A DNA stretch of 64,000 bases, from NCBI GenBank assembly GCA_013265495.1, contig MU057947.1, positions 1,263,070 to 1,327,069 of the forward strand. Reading direction: 5' to 3'. This document shows, piece by piece, positions 35,585-48,870 of the stretch. Both the position numbers and the translations under genes were made by a program. How positions within the stretch are numbered: the first letter of the stretch is position 1; each line of letters begins with the position of its first letter. Below the pieces are notes generated by a model. The model was not told the DNA's origin. It worked only from the letters and a program-made list of their open reading frames with translations, and ran no database searches. Source of the stretch: Vicugna vicugna (taxonomy: Eukaryota).

Positions 35585-35945
35585 TGTCTCAGCCAGGGAC
35601 GGATGCTGCCACAGAAGCGCCACGGGCTGGCGGCTCTGTCACAGCAAGCGTCTGCCTCTCACGTTCTGGAAGCCCAAGCCCAAAGCGCAGCAGCTTGGTG
35701 TCCGGTGAGGACCCGCTTTCCGGCTCACGGGTGGCTGAGTCTGTGGAGTCCTCGCAAGGCGCAGGACGGGCAGGAGAGCGCTCTGGGGCCTTTCTGTTTT
35801 TTTTTTTTTTATAAAGGCTCTAATCCCATCAGGAGGCTCCATCCCCTGATATACTCACCTCCCAAAGACCCCCCCAATACTATGACGTTGGGGCTTAGGA
35901 TTGCAATACATGATTTCAAGGGAGCACGTGTTGTCCAGAACATCT
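35585..35945 (-). mobile_element. MLT1A-like MaLR solo LTR, CpG-enriched
   Basis: 'ctcacgttctggaagcccaagcccaaag...tccggtgaggacccgctttcc...ttataaaggctctaatcccatcaggaggctcc...cacctcccaaagacccc'. Confidence 0.8.
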
Positions 35946-36540
35946 GTGCGTGTTGCAAGTGTCTTCTCCCACGGGGTCAGCTTGCCCTTTCACCGCCTCA
36001 GTGATGGCTTTTAATGAACACAAGGTCATGATCTTCATATGGTGAAGTGTATCAGTCTGATCTTCTTCGATGATTTTTGTTTCCTGTTTAAGAGAATCTT
36101 CCCCTCTTCAAATTATAAAGATAATCTCTTATTTTATTTTCTAGAAGTTTACCTGTTCTCTCTTTAGCATTTAGGCCCACCTACGTCGCTCACTGAGAAC
36201 AGCAGCCTTTCCCTCTGCTCTCGTGCCAGCTTGTCATAAACCAGGAGTCCGTGCACGCATGGGCCTGTTCCTGACCTCGTCCCCCGCCCCTCTGGCCCGC
36301 GCGCCTCAGCTCTGTCTGGGCTGCTTTAGCTTTGCAGTCAGTCCTGAGGTCAAGCAGAGCGAGCCATCCCGCTTTCTTCTTCAGTGTTGCCTATTTGGGA
36401 TTCTTTGCACTTCCATTTTAATTTTAGGCGAAGCTTGTGAAGCTCAGCAGAAACCTTGGGATTTTGATTGGTGTCGTTTTGAATTAAGTGAACACGGTTT
36501 ATTCTTCCTTTTATTGAGCGTTTCCTTAATGTCTCTTTAA

Positions 36541-36751
36541 GAAAAATTTTTTATTGAAGTACAGAAAGTCACAACGTGTCAACTTCTGATGCACAGCACA
36601 GTGTCCCAGTCATGTATGTACATACATGTATTTGTTTCATATTCTTTTTTGTTAAAGGTTATTGCAGGATATCGAATGTAGTTCCCTGTGCTAGACAGAA
36701 GAAACTTGTTTTTTTAAAATCTATTTTTACATATAGTGGCCAACATTTGCA
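36541..36751 (-). mobile_element. Camelid-type L1 3' end with a 10 bp TSD
   Basis: 'ttttttattgaagtacag...tgtcccagtcatgtatgtacatac...aaaggttattgcaggatatcgaatgtagttccctgtgctagacagaagaaact', flanked by AATGTCTCTT at 36528-36537 and 36752-36761. Confidence 0.8.
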
Positions 36752-39700
36752 AATGTCTCTTCATATTTCCCCCTGCAGAGACATCTCAAAATTGTTTGCT
36801 AGACTCATTCCTGGATGTTTGATGTATTTGACACCCTTGTAAATGGTGTCTTCATAAGCTATAATTTTTAACTTTGATGGTAGAGAGGAAGATAATTGGT
36901 TTTCACAAATTGGATTTGCATGCGACAACTTTCCAGAAGTCTCCTGCTAGCTCCAATGATTTATCTGTCCCTTCCCTTCAGTTTTATGGATACACAATCG
37001 CGTCACCTGTGGATAATAACAGTTTAATTTGTTACTTTTCAATTTTTGCCCATAAACATTTTATCAAAACAGACAGGTTGTATCAAGCTGAGGTCGTTTC
37101 TACTCTTTCTAGTTTGTTAAAGTTTAGTTTTCACACCGTCCTGCTTGCCGTCAGATGAATCGCTCATCTTCTTAGCCTTGTTCTCTGGACTGGATACGAG
37201 CTCCCACGAGAAAGAGAGTCGTGAAGCCAGGACCCGCCTCACTGGGTCAACTCCTTCGTCTGACGTTGTGGGCTACCTAGTGTCTTCAATGCATTTAAAA
37301 AATAGATTCCTGATCTGCCATTTCCAGAAGTGGAATCCCAGATAATACTATTTTTAAATCTCAAATAAGTAATAATATCATTTTTGAAGAATACAGTGAA
37401 TGCTTGTTTAAAGTTGCGCATATTTACCATTTTCTTTTTCAATCTCAGAAATTCCTTCTAAGTCATTCTCTTTTCCCCTGTAACACATCCCTTAGAAGTC
37501 CCGCTGTGAAGATGTGTGGTCAATAAATTGAAGATTTGTTTGTATAAAGCATCTTTGCTTTGCCCTCCTTCCAGGCGTTTCGCTGGGTACACCTCTCTAG
37601 ACTAAGGCGAGATCCTCTTGGCACTGCTTCCTGGGCACTGTGTTGCTGTTGAAGAGACAGCTGGGCAGAGGCTCGGCCTCCCATGAGCTTTGCCACCAGC
37701 TCCCTTGTGGTTCTGCTTGGGCAGCGGGGTGTGTCTGGGTTTCTCTCTCCCTGCAGACCTCAGTGCTGCAGAAGGGCTGCTGACCACCCTCCGCTGCCCT
37801 TCCAGCTCTGTGCTGCACACACTGTGGGGGGGCACCGACTGCTGTGAAAGGTCCCTCTGTCCACGACACTCGTGGGGTTCCTGCCTCCCAGGTCACACGG
37901 ACTGAAGATTTCTGAGCTGCCTCCTGTGTTGTGCTGCCCCAAACAGAAATCCCAACGCAGAGATTTACACGTGTGAGGGACTCCTGGACACCTTTGCAAA
38001 CCTGATGAAACTTACTGATGTCCACCTTGGAAAAATAACTGAAAGTATATACCAACAACAGCTTTCTTAAATTTTAGGGAGTTTCAGGTCACAGGTGAAG
38101 AATTTTGATGAATTATTGGAGGTAAATACTTTTTCAACTATTGTCTAGAAATAAAAGCGGAGAAAACAAGTCAGTCACTTGGCATGAAGTGTTACATGAA
38201 TTTTTCTAATAGCTGACGATTGCCTCTTTAAAAATGTACTTTGAAATTCATAATTTTTATAAACCTAATGTGGTTGTATGTTTTTATTCCTCCTTTAAGC
38301 CATGCTTGACATAATCTTTACTTAATACGTCAAGTTTATAATACGCGTAAAATTATAGAACTTACGTATTAGAAGGAAATGATAATCATATTGGATCATA
38401 ATCAGAGTGTCAGAGGAGAAATTACAGGTCGTCTAAATCCAGCTTTTTCCAACACTGGCTTTTTCCACTTCATGGAATTCCATTTAATTCATTTGGTGGC
38501 TTCGCGTCTGATGGAGTGTCTGTGTGTTGAAGTTTTCTCAAGGAAGCTGATGCTGACCGCGCACACTTAGTAAGAGGGTCCTCAGTCCATCCTGCCAGCT
38601 TTCTCCCGATGACTTCCCTCCGTCAGCCTTAGCATTTATTTGCACTACCGGATAGAACCGCTCCTTCGATGACAGAACTCAGGACATTTGCCGTCAGTTC
38701 CCATGCACGTTCTCATCCCCTGCTGTCAGGCTTCCCCTGCCCCAAGCCTGCCTGCCCCGCGAGGGCAGGGTTTTCGTGCAGTCACCATACACCTTGCGAT
38801 TGCTTCTCATTTTGTGAGCAGCCCACCTGCAGCGTGAGGTCTACACCCAGCCTCCATTATCTTTTGCTCTTTTTAACCTTAAATGTAACCTAAAATGACG
38901 ACATTGGTATCGGCTGCATTTCAGACAAATGTGAGGGAGTGCTCCCCCACCTCGTGATGTCAGTGAGGGCTGCTGACAGCTTGAATGAAAACGGGAAGAG
39001 ACAAGTGCCTGCCTGGCTGCGGCATATTGCTCAGAGCCCACTGGGGTTCAAAGGCAATGAAGAACAAAACTCAAATACTAATGCTTTCAAGAACGTTTCT
39101 GAGGGAGGATTGCATTAGGGCGTGAGGAAGCTAAGTGTTTAAAGAGAAGTTGAAGTGGCAGTTCTCTTCTGGGGACATAAGCTGGAATCGTCAGTTCCCT
39201 TCCTCTGAGCTGGTGCAAGCTTTGATTTGCAAACAATTACATCTTTGATGCTTACAATGTATTATCTTGTCAGAACCAGACACAGGATGGCCACGTGTAT
39301 CACTGTCTCTTACACTCCGCGGTGGAGTTTCCAGGTGTCACCTGCAGTTGGCAGACGGCTCTCGTTTTCTAACTGTGAAGTGAGTTCAGTCACCTGCTGA
39401 ATGGTTTTGGGCACAGAACATCCTCACTGTCTTATTTCCAACTTGTCACCTTAGTAGGATGTGCTGTGATAGGAGACAGAATTTTGCTGCCTAAGGGGTG
39501 TAACTCAGAAACCCGTGTCAGCGTTTGTCAAATGTCACCGCCAGAGCGGGTGGCTGTGAGCAGGGAGGTCTTACCTGACAGCCTCCAGTTCTCTCTGATT
39601 CTGCCTGATTCGGTGGATTGTCTTCTTTGGGGGGAGGTGCTTTCTTTTAGAATAAAACAATTACTGAAGCTTTGACACAGCTTTGATTAACCTCAGAATC

Positions 39701-39899
39701 TATACCAGTGATGTTTGACTGAAAGTATCATGGCTAGGTGTCCTGTTACTTCAAAGCCGTCCTTGTCACGTATCAGATCTGTCCTTCGTACGACTAGAGG
39801 AGTCGCTTCCTAAAATGCGGGTTGGCTCTTCGTAAATTACAGTTTTGATCACAAATCCTCAGAAGCTTAACTCTTCTTTGAACAACTTGTTTCTTTTTA

Positions 39900-42540
39900 A
39901 AAAAATCTTGATTGAAGCGTCTTCTGCATATCATATATGCCACCATTTTAAAGTGTGATTTTCCTAATGAAAATTTATTTAAAAAAATTTTTGGAGTAAA
40001 CTGTGCCAGTTGCACAAACTGTCACCATAAACCAGTCTGAGAACGTGTTCGTCACCCTTTGTCCCAAGTCAGTGCCCACGTTTGTGGGTCTGTGGCTGAA
40101 ACAGCTTCTCTGTTCCTTTGACGTAGTTGTTCATTTTGAAAATTACAATGCACTGTTTTGACTACAGCAAGTTTACAATAAGCCTTCAAGGCAGATAGTA
40201 TTATCCTTCCAATGTTTTTCTTCTTTCTCAACACTATGTTTTCTTATTCTAAGTCCTTTTTCAGTTCCATGTGAACTTTAGAATGAGTTTGTCCCTTTTG
40301 AAAAGACCTTGGATGGAATTCTGTTGGGGCGGCGCTGAGGCGCTAAATCAGTTTGGGGGAAATTGATGTCTTAACACCACTGAGTCTTCCGACCCACGAA
40401 CAAAGCAGGTGTCTCCGTTCATTTAAGTCTTTAATTTCTGTTAGCAATGTTTTGTGATTTTAGCTTCCGCACATCTTTTGGGGAATTCTCTATTTTCTAT
40501 GTTTTTAATGCTATTGTAAATGGCATAGCTCTGAATTTTAAACTTCGATTGTCCTTTGATGGAGAAGTGAAGTTGGTCTCGGTGGTACCGGTGTTATTTC
40601 TACTCTGCAACCTTGTTAAACTCGCTCATCTGTCCTGGTAGCTTTTGTAGATTTCATTGAATTTTTGTCATCAGTAATCATGTCATCTCAGAATACAGAC
40701 AGTTTTCCCTCTTCCTTGCCAGTCTGCATGCTTTTTATTTCTTCTTCCATCCTGAGTGCACTGGACAGAACCTTCGATACAATATTGATGGAAGTGATGA
40801 GGATAGACATCCTGTCTTGTTCCTGATCTTCGGGGAAAACACTCATCATTGAATTTGACGTTAGCTGCAGCTTTCTCATGGCTGCTTCTTAATAGGGTGA
40901 GGGAGTTCACTTCTGTTTCTTGTGTTATGAGAGTTTTTAAGGGGAAAAGATGTTGGATTTTGTCAGGTGTGCTTCTTGGTCAATGGAGATGTACAATCAC
41001 ATAGTTTTTATTTTTTAATTTAGTAATGTGAATTACATGGATGGATTGTCCAGTGTTAGACCTTGCATTTCTGGAATAAAGCCTACTTAGACATGATATA
41101 TTATCCTTTTACTATATTGATGGATAATTTGCTAAGATAAAGTTTTGTTAATTTTTTTCGTCTATGTTTATGAAGGGTATTCGTCCCCAGTCTTCCTCTC
41201 TGATAATGTCTTTGTATGATGTTGGAATCAGGGTGGTGCTGGCCTCAAAGAATGAATTGGGAGGTGTTCCGTCTTCAGGTTTATGGATGTGTCTGTGGTG
41301 AATCAGTGCTGCTCCCGTTAATGTTTAGTATATTTCACCAGTAAAGCCATCTGGTCCTAGAGTTTGAGGGAGGGGGATGGTGGTGGGGGATGGTATTCAG
41401 GGGCGAAGATTCTTAACTGCAAAGTCAACTTCTTTAATAAATATAAAGCTATTAACATTGTCTGTTTTTTGTAGTTGGTATCTGTCAAGGCATATTCCAT
41501 TTCCTCTGTGTTTTTGAATGGATGGGCTTACAGTTGTTCATAACATTCTTATTATTATTTGAATGGATATTGAATCCATAGTGTCGCTACTTCTCTTGTT
41601 GCTAATACTGTAATTCATACCTTCTCTCTCTGTTTCTTGATCAGTGTATCACCTGTGCTGATCTCAAAGAAACAGCTTCTGATTTTATTCATTTCTGTTT
41701 TCTAACTGGTTTCCATTTTGATCTTTACTGTTCCCTTTATTCTGTCTATGTTAGGTCTAATTTGCCCTCATTTTCCTAGTTTTTTAAAAGAGGCAGCTGG
41801 GTCCTTGTCTAGAGACCCTTCTTCTTTTCCAAGGCAGCCGTTCGGTGCCGTCCATTCCTCCTGAGTTCCTGCTGCAGCAGAATCGCACGCACTCTGATGT
41901 GATGTGTTTTACTTTTCATTCAGTTTGAAATACTTTCTGATTTCACTTTTGGTTTCTTCTTTGATCCTTGAGTTATGTAGAAGCACGTCATTTTGTGCGT
42001 ATTCTGGATATCTTTCTGTTATTAATCGGTAATTAAATTCCATTTTGGTCAGAGCACATCCTTCCATGACTTGAATCCTTTGAAATTTGTGTAGATTTAA
42101 ATTATGGTCCAGGATGTCATCTGTATTGGTCAGTTTAGGTGTGCGTTTGAGAAGAGCGCACGTTCTGGGCAGAGCGCGCGGTCAGCACGGTTTGCCCACA
42201 GCTCTGCGGGAAGCGCTGTGCCATCCTGCTGGTTCTGTTTCTGCTTCTTCAACCCGGTCCTGAAGGAAAGGCGCCATCATTGTCATTTTCTGTCTGTCAC
42301 TTTGCAGTTACATCTGTTTGCTTAATGTGTCGTGAAACTCTGTTAACAAGTTCATAAAGGTTTAAAATTGTTTGAGCTGCTAGATCAGTGGGGCCCCATC
42401 TTCTTTTGAAACGGCCTTTCCTAAATTTCTGTTAATAATCTTGACTCTGAAACCCTTCTGTCTGATCTAAGATAGCCAGCCCAACTTTCCTTCAACCAGC
42501 GTTAGCACGATGCATGTTCTTTTATGTTTCTGTTGAAAGT
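39900..42540 (-). mobile_element. Old L1M ORF2 (RT and EN regions) remnant
   Basis: The ORF 40683-40910 'AANVKFNDECFPRRSGTRQDVYPHHF' resembles L1 RT 'TANIILNGEKL.AFPLRSGTRQGCPLSP'; long run of antisense L1 motifs. Confidence 0.85.
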
Positions 42541-42547
42541 GCATTTC

Positions 42548-42900
42548 AATAACATGGATGAAACATGAGGGCATTATGCTAAGTGAAATAAGCCAGTCAC
42601 AGAAGGACGAATACTGAACAATCCCACACACATGACGCATCTGAAAGAGTCAGACTCATGGATGCTGAGAGCAGAGAGGTGATTGCCGGGGGCTGGGGGT
42701 GGGAGACGACGGGAGTCACTGGTCACGGGTGTGAGGTTTCAGTTATGCGAGACGAGTAAGTCTGGAGATCTGCTGTGCACACGTTGTGCCCATAGGTAAG
42801 GACACTGTATTGTACACTGAAGAAACCCTGTTAAGAGGGTAAATCTCATATTAAATGTTTTCACCAGAATTTTAAAAATTTCACCAGAATTTTAAAAATC
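42548..42900 (+). mobile_element. L1MA10/L1MB-like 3' end nested in the older L1, with a 10 bp TSD
   Basis: 'aacatggatgaaacatgagggcattatgctaagtgaaataagccagtcacagaaggac...gttaagagggtaaatctcat'; AGTGCATTTC at 42538-42547 and 42911-42920. Confidence 0.85.
42859..42898. repeat. Exact 20 bp tandem duplication (TTTCACCAGAATTTTAAAAA x2)
   Basis: Seen directly at the L1 3' end. Confidence 0.9.
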
Positions 42901-42920
42901 AAGCTTAAAGAGTGCATTTC

Positions 42921-43870
42921 TTGTAGGAAGCAGACAGTGGGATCTTGCTTTTCCATCCAATCTGACAATCCAGTTCATTTTGATTGGAATGTTTGGGCAA
43001 ATTACATTATATCTGTAATAATTTTTAACGTCCTTATTTGCTGATGCTGATGTTTGTGTCGGTTCTGGGTTGGCTTCAACTGATCAGTTATTCTCGCCAT
43101 GATGAGTTGTGTTTCACTGCTTCTTTGTGTCTCTGTTAACTTTGATTGAATGTCAGACGTTAATACATGTTACTCTGTTGCTGGATATTTTTGTTTTACT
43201 GTAGATGTTATGAGCTTTGCTTTGGGACACAGTCAGGCTAAAGGGGACAGTTTGATTCTCTCAGGTCTGCTCTGTAAGGTGGGTCCGGAGCAGCGCACCG
43301 CCTAGCACTGACGATTCCGCACTGCTGAGGCAGGAGGGCTCTCCCCAGTGCCCTGCGCATTACGAGGGCTCGCAGTCTGGCTGGCGGGAAGAAGCACTGC
43401 TTCCAGTCCTGTGTGATGTGCTGTCTTCTGATCTGTCCGGCTAGCCTTTCCCCTGGCCCCATGTGGAGTCCCCACCACAGACGCTGATACGTACTCTGCC
43501 CGAGTTGCCTGAATATCCCAGGACATGCTTCGCAGAACTTCGGGGCTCTCTCTCTCTCTGTCGACACCCTGCTTTGCAAACCCCAGCCACGCTCGTCTCC
43601 TGGCGTCTCAGGTCTGGAGCCTTCACTCAGGGGAACCACCAGGCTCTCCTCGGGCTCCCGTTCTCTGGGTTGCGGCTCTCAAGACAGTAAGGGGACAATC
43701 ATAGGGGTCCTGGGCTTCGCTTTTTGTCTCCCACAGATCACTGATTTTCATTGCCTGATGTCTGGTGTCTTGTAAACTGTTGTTTTGTTTGTTTTGTCTT
43801 GGTCTGTCTCTTTTGGATTGTTCCAGGTGGGGCCGTGATTCCTGTCCCTCGCCCTGGGTGGTGGCAGAAG
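42921..43870 (-). mobile_element. Old L1M 5'-region remnant (continuation of 39900-42540)
   Basis: 'tcttgtaggaagcagacagtgggatcttgctttccatccaatctgacaatc' and 'ttgcctgatgtctggtgtcttgtaaactgttgttt'. Confidence 0.6.
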
Positions 43871-44021
43871 TCTTGTCTCCTAAGTCTGGGTGTGCGGCCT
43901 GACATTCAAGGCCTTCTAGGATCTGGCCTCAGCCTGCCTTTCCACTGAAATTTTCATGACATGTCTGTGTTTTGAAATTCCCTATGAAGGGTGAGTTTTC
44001 TGCTTTTGAGCCTTGGCACAG

Positions 44022-44356
44022 TGCTGTGGTCTGAAAGTGTCCCCTCAATGCACCTGTTGAAGTCCTAGTGCCCAGGGTGATGGTTTTGTTAGATGGGCTT
44101 TGGGAGGTGCTTAAGTCATGAGGGCGGAGCCCTCCAACGGGATTAGTGCCCTTTGAAAAAGACCTGAGAGAGCTCCCTGCCCCTTCCACCAGGTGAGGAC
44201 ACAGTGAGGGCTTCTAGCTGTGAACCGGCGAGAGGGGCCTCGCCGGAATGTGAGCACCTTGGACTTCCCAGCCTCCCGACTGTGAGGAGTAAGTTTCTGT
44301 CTGTCCATCGCTTGGTCTGGAGTGTTTCGTTACTGCAGCCGGGATGGACCGAGACG
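44022..44356 (+). mobile_element. MLT1A-like MaLR solo LTR
   Basis: 'tgctgtggtctgaaagtgtcccctcaa...aagtcatgagggcggagccctccaacgggattagtgccctt...cttggacttcccagcctcccgactgtgaggag'. Confidence 0.85.
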
Positions 44357-44454
44357 CACGTGGCGAACGCCCCTTCCCGTGGGCTTTCGGTTGTCGGTTG
44401 TTGGTGCTTCACAGCTGTGGTCAAGGTGAAGACTTTCCCACCCTGCTCACAGGT

Positions 44455-44625
44455 CTGTCTGTGCAGGTATGCATCTGTCTGTCTATCTATTGATGTTTCT
44501 CTGTCCATCCAACTATCTGTGTATGTGTCTACCTATGTATCTATCCGTCCATCTGTCCGTCTGTCCATCCAACCATCCATCCAGCCATCCATCTAATCTG
44601 TCTTATCTACCTACCTGCCTGCCTA
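44455..44625. repeat. Degenerate (TCCA/TCTA/TCTG)n simple repeat
   Basis: Seen directly. Confidence 0.8.
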
Positions 44626-47599
44626 CTGTGTATCTCTGTGCGTGCTAGGCACCCACTGTGGGTGAGGCAGTGCGCCGGGCCCTGGAGGCAGCCACAGTGG
44701 CTGAGCAGACATGTCTCTGTCCTCGGGAGCCCCCGGTCCGGTTAACAGACACTCAGACTGCAGTGGGGTGGGGAGAGTGATAGTCAGGTGTGGGGGCTCT
44801 GGTGACAGAAGCAAGGGGCCGCACGACAGATTTGGGGTCACGGAGGAAGAGATCCCCGTGGTGAGACGTGCAGTAGATGCTGTGGGGCGGCGTGGAGTCG
44901 GGGTCGGGAGAGGCTCTGGCGCAGAGGAGAGCCGGGCACAGGCTGAGCCGGGCACTAAAGGTTCGGACGTGAGAGGCGAGGTCAGAGACCTTTCAAGCCC
45001 CTTAAAACCTGGGACTTGAATCTCGAGGGCGACGTGGGGCCAGTGGGTGGCTTGAGGCCAGGTGTCGACAGGGCCAAACTTGCATTCTCCGGACTGACTC
45101 CGGCTTTGGTGTGCTCGGGGCCAGACTGGAGGCAGGGGCCGAGCCCAGGTTGGGTGGGGAGAGGTGGTGTGGGGGCAGCACGCAGGGACGAGCTGAACTG
45201 GAGCGAGAGGGGAGGGGGCGACCAGGATGGCGCCCTGGGCTCTGGCCGGGCCGTGCGTGGACGCTGTGCCTGTCTTTGGATAGAGAGCGCAGGGAGGAGG
45301 ACCTTGGAGAGAAATGTTACTTTGCTATCTCTCGCCAAGATCTTCCTTTTCCTTTCACAGTTAATTGCTGCGTTTCCTTGAATTCCAAAATTTCCCACTT
45401 AATCCTTGAGACGTTTTACCTTGAATTGGAGTTTAATGACGTTGACTCGTGCCAGGCCTCTCCTGCTGTCCTGTGATTGCCGGAGGAGACAGAGCGCTGT
45501 GTTTTTCTTTGTACTCCAGCTGCTATTATGTCCCCAGAACAATGCCTCGCACACAATATGAGATTAATAAATTTTGGTGACTCAGATTAACAGAGGAGCT
45601 TGCTTCCACGTGACGTTTGCTTGATCGAACGCCTTTCTGGCCCGGGATGCTCTGTCCTTTGCTCTCTTCCTGAGGACTTTGGAGACGTGCAGTTTTAATT
45701 TTGAGATCTAAATAGATGGGTCAGACAGTGCAGGGTCACACCAGAAATCTTCAATGTTTTTTTTTTTCCACTGTCATAACGTTTATGGTCCTGTGGAACC
45801 ACAAGTCATTTCCTCAATAAGGAAGGAAAGAAATGAACGGCAGCACAGGACGGTGATACGGGGGCCCGAGGCACCTGGGCAGCCGCAGCCTTGTCAGTTT
45901 TGATGCTAATAAGAGCCCGGGAGCCGGGAGTCGCCCGGCAACACACCACGTGGAAATGCGTCTCCACCAGGCGTGGAGCCGGGGCGACTGCCCTGCAGAG
46001 GCTTGGCTGAAAGGTGTCTGCAGTCTCGGTCCCGGAGCAGAGCTGGGCGGCAGTTTCTATTAGCAGGGATGTGCCTGCCGGTTTATTGCTCCTGATCGAG
46101 CCGGCGGCCCGCGAGACACCTGTTGGTCTCGTGTCAGGACATCAGTGCGGAAATATCAGCTCCCGCAGGAAAGTCTTTCAGCCAAGATATGAGAGACCCA
46201 GAAAAATCAATACCCCTAATACAGAGATGCTTCTGGAGGTGTTCCCTGTAGAGTGGAGAGACACCAAGCTCCTGCCAGTCCTTCAGCCTGCAGAGACGAT
46301 GTTTCTCTTTAAAGGACAAACAAAAGCACTGATGGCTTGTGCAGGGAGCTCCTGGGGTGCTTCCAAGCCCGCCCTGCCCCAGGACAGGGCCTCCCTCCCA
46401 CCCCCGCCCCGCCCGCTTTCTCCCGGGCTGTCTCCCACGGGCTCCCCCCTCCCCCACCAGACTGTCACCACGGGCTCTGGCATGCTGTCACTGCTCGCAC
46501 CATTGTTATTCCCGAACCTAATTCCAAATGTGTGGGAGGCCCTATGTTTCCAGTGATTTCCAGAACTTTGACTACCCCCATTTTTGCTTCCCTACAACTT
46601 AACCAACAAAGGAGATGCAAATGAGTGGGACAAGAGTGTTATCTTGCTAAATTTCGCATAAATTTAATTACACAACGTGTTTTCATGCGTTTATTTTCCG
46701 TTTGCATTCCTTCCTGATTTTTGGAACACTTAATACATTCAATATGTCAACTCTTTGACTTACTCTGCGATGTGGTATCTGTGAGATCGCTCACTGAGTA
46801 ATTCTTTCTCAACTCTTGGAGGTCAGTTTCGTTGTGATTTCCGTTTTGGAAACGGGGAGTAATTTGCCATTTTGAGGTTTATTTTCTTTTGTTCTGTTAT
46901 ACTTTTTTGCTTTGCAGAGCTGGGGGTCCTGGGTGGCCCCACCTGGCAAGGAGGATGGGGGTGGGGTGGAGAGCAGGTGGCCCCACGACGCCCCAGGGGC
47001 ATCCCCTGTTCTCAGTGTGTGGCTTCCATCCCTGTGTAGAAATGTCACACAACTTGCCCGGAGCCCCCTCGGGTTCTCCTGATGCTGGAGGTCTGCGTCC
47101 AGCACCACTCACACTGTCTCTCCCGCGCCTTGGCTCCCGGAGGACTGTCCACCGAATGGAAGACAGTCCCTCTGGAGCCCTCTAGGGGCTCTTTTGTGAT
47201 CACCCTTTGCCTTTGGATCTTTAACTCATAGATTACAAAACCTGCCTGTTGCTCAAAAAAGAGAAACAGTACTTTCCAGTTGCCAGCCAGTTTCCCCAGC
47301 GCTGTTGGCTCAGTGAACTGTCCACCCTAGTGCCTCCTTTACCGTGTTCTAAATTCTTACATATCTTGAGCTCTTCCTTCTGTTTCATTGGTTTGCTGTT
47401 TTCCTTTGACATCTGTGCATGTTTTTACATTATTTGGATCTCAGCTCAGAGGTCTGCTTCTCAGAAACCTTCCCATGCTGCTCCAGAAAAGACACCTTGG
47501 TCTCTCCATTCCTCTCTGTTTTGGCTTAATTTTCCTTAGTGCTATTAACCACATTCTGAAACGATCTTACCCATTTATTGGTTTTGTATTTATTGCCTA

Positions 47600-48040
47600 G
47601 ATGGCTCAGGGTTCTCCAGAGAAACATAATCAACAGTGTGTGTGTGTGTGTGTGTGTGTGTTTTAAGGATTTGGGTCATGTGATTATGGAGACTGAGCAG
47701 TCCCAAGTCCTGTCGTCGGTAAACTGGAGACCCAAGGGAACCACAGGTTTAGTTCCAGTCTGAGTCCAAAGGCCTGAGAACCAGGCAGCTGATGGGATAG
47801 TTCCAATCCAAAAGCTGCAGGCTCAGGTCCCAGGAGGGTCAGCTCTTTTATTCTCTTCAGGCCTTCAACTGATTGGATGAGGCCCACCGCACTGGGGAGG
47901 GCAGTCTGCTTTACTCTGTCTTCTGACTCAAAGGTTAATCTCATCCAGAAACACCCTCACAGCCACACCCAGAATAATGCTTGACTCAATGTCTGGCCCC
48001 CTGTGGCCCAGACAAGTTGATACAGAAAATCACCCTCACA
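47600..48040 (-). mobile_element. MLT2 (ERVL) solo LTR with internal (TG)n
   Basis: 'cagggttctccagagaaaca...aggccttcaactgattggatgaggcccacc...ttaatctcatccagaaacaccctcacag...caagttgatacagaaaatcaccctcaca'. Confidence 0.9.
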
Positions 48041-48549
48041 TCACCTGTGTCCCCTCTAGAACATAAGCTCTGTGACTTCACCTCCAGAAGTTGGAGCAGT
48101 GCCTTGTCTGTGGTAGGAGCCAGGTCAATGAGTGTCAATGATAAATTTAAATGGTTTTAGTTGTACTTCTAGAACATGTTCTAATGTCCAGCTGCATAGA
48201 TTCCCTCTCATTATGAACGTGACCTTTAAAGTTGGGAGTGTATGTCCTCATGCTCCCCTTTTAATTAGAATAAGAAGGGCCCTCCCTGCGTGGCGCTTGG
48301 CCCTCCACGCCCCGGCCCCGCCCCTCACCGGCACCTGTGTGCTTAGCCCGGCCCCGCGGTTCCAGCTGCGGGGCCCTCCTCCCGACTCTGATAACACGAG
48401 CCCCTTCCTGAGCCAGGCCTAGGCCTGCGCCTGCTGCAGCCCTTCCTCTCCACCAGGATGCTTTTCCTTCTGTGCTCTCTTCTCTCTTTCTTTTAAACTT
48501 TAATTATGCAGTAGGTACATAATCAGTTATAGTGGTGGTGGTTTTTCTT

Positions 48550-48870
48550 CTGTATCATGAGCTATGGCAAACACATAAAAGTAGGAACAAATACACACAC
48601 TAGCGAACTGTATAAAGCAAATCCTTGTGTTGCCTCTACCTAGGCCAAGACTGAGATGCCGTCAGCGCCCCAGCATCCCTCTGCACACCACCAACGTGCA
48701 GCCACGCTGTCGTGAATGTTACGGTGCTGTCTTCCTTGACTTTCTTTTATAGGTTTATCACCTAATCATGCAGCCCCGACAGACAGAGTTTAATTTTGCC
48801 TGGCTGTACGGCAGTGGATTGGTACAACGTGTGTTCACTCGTGTCTGGCTTCTTTTGCCAGTGGCCTCTC
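48550..48870 (-). mobile_element. L1ME-like 3' UTR fragment
   Basis: 'ttctccttgactttcttttataggtttatcacctaa...gtttaattttgcctgg...tgtctggcttcttttgc'. Confidence 0.55.
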
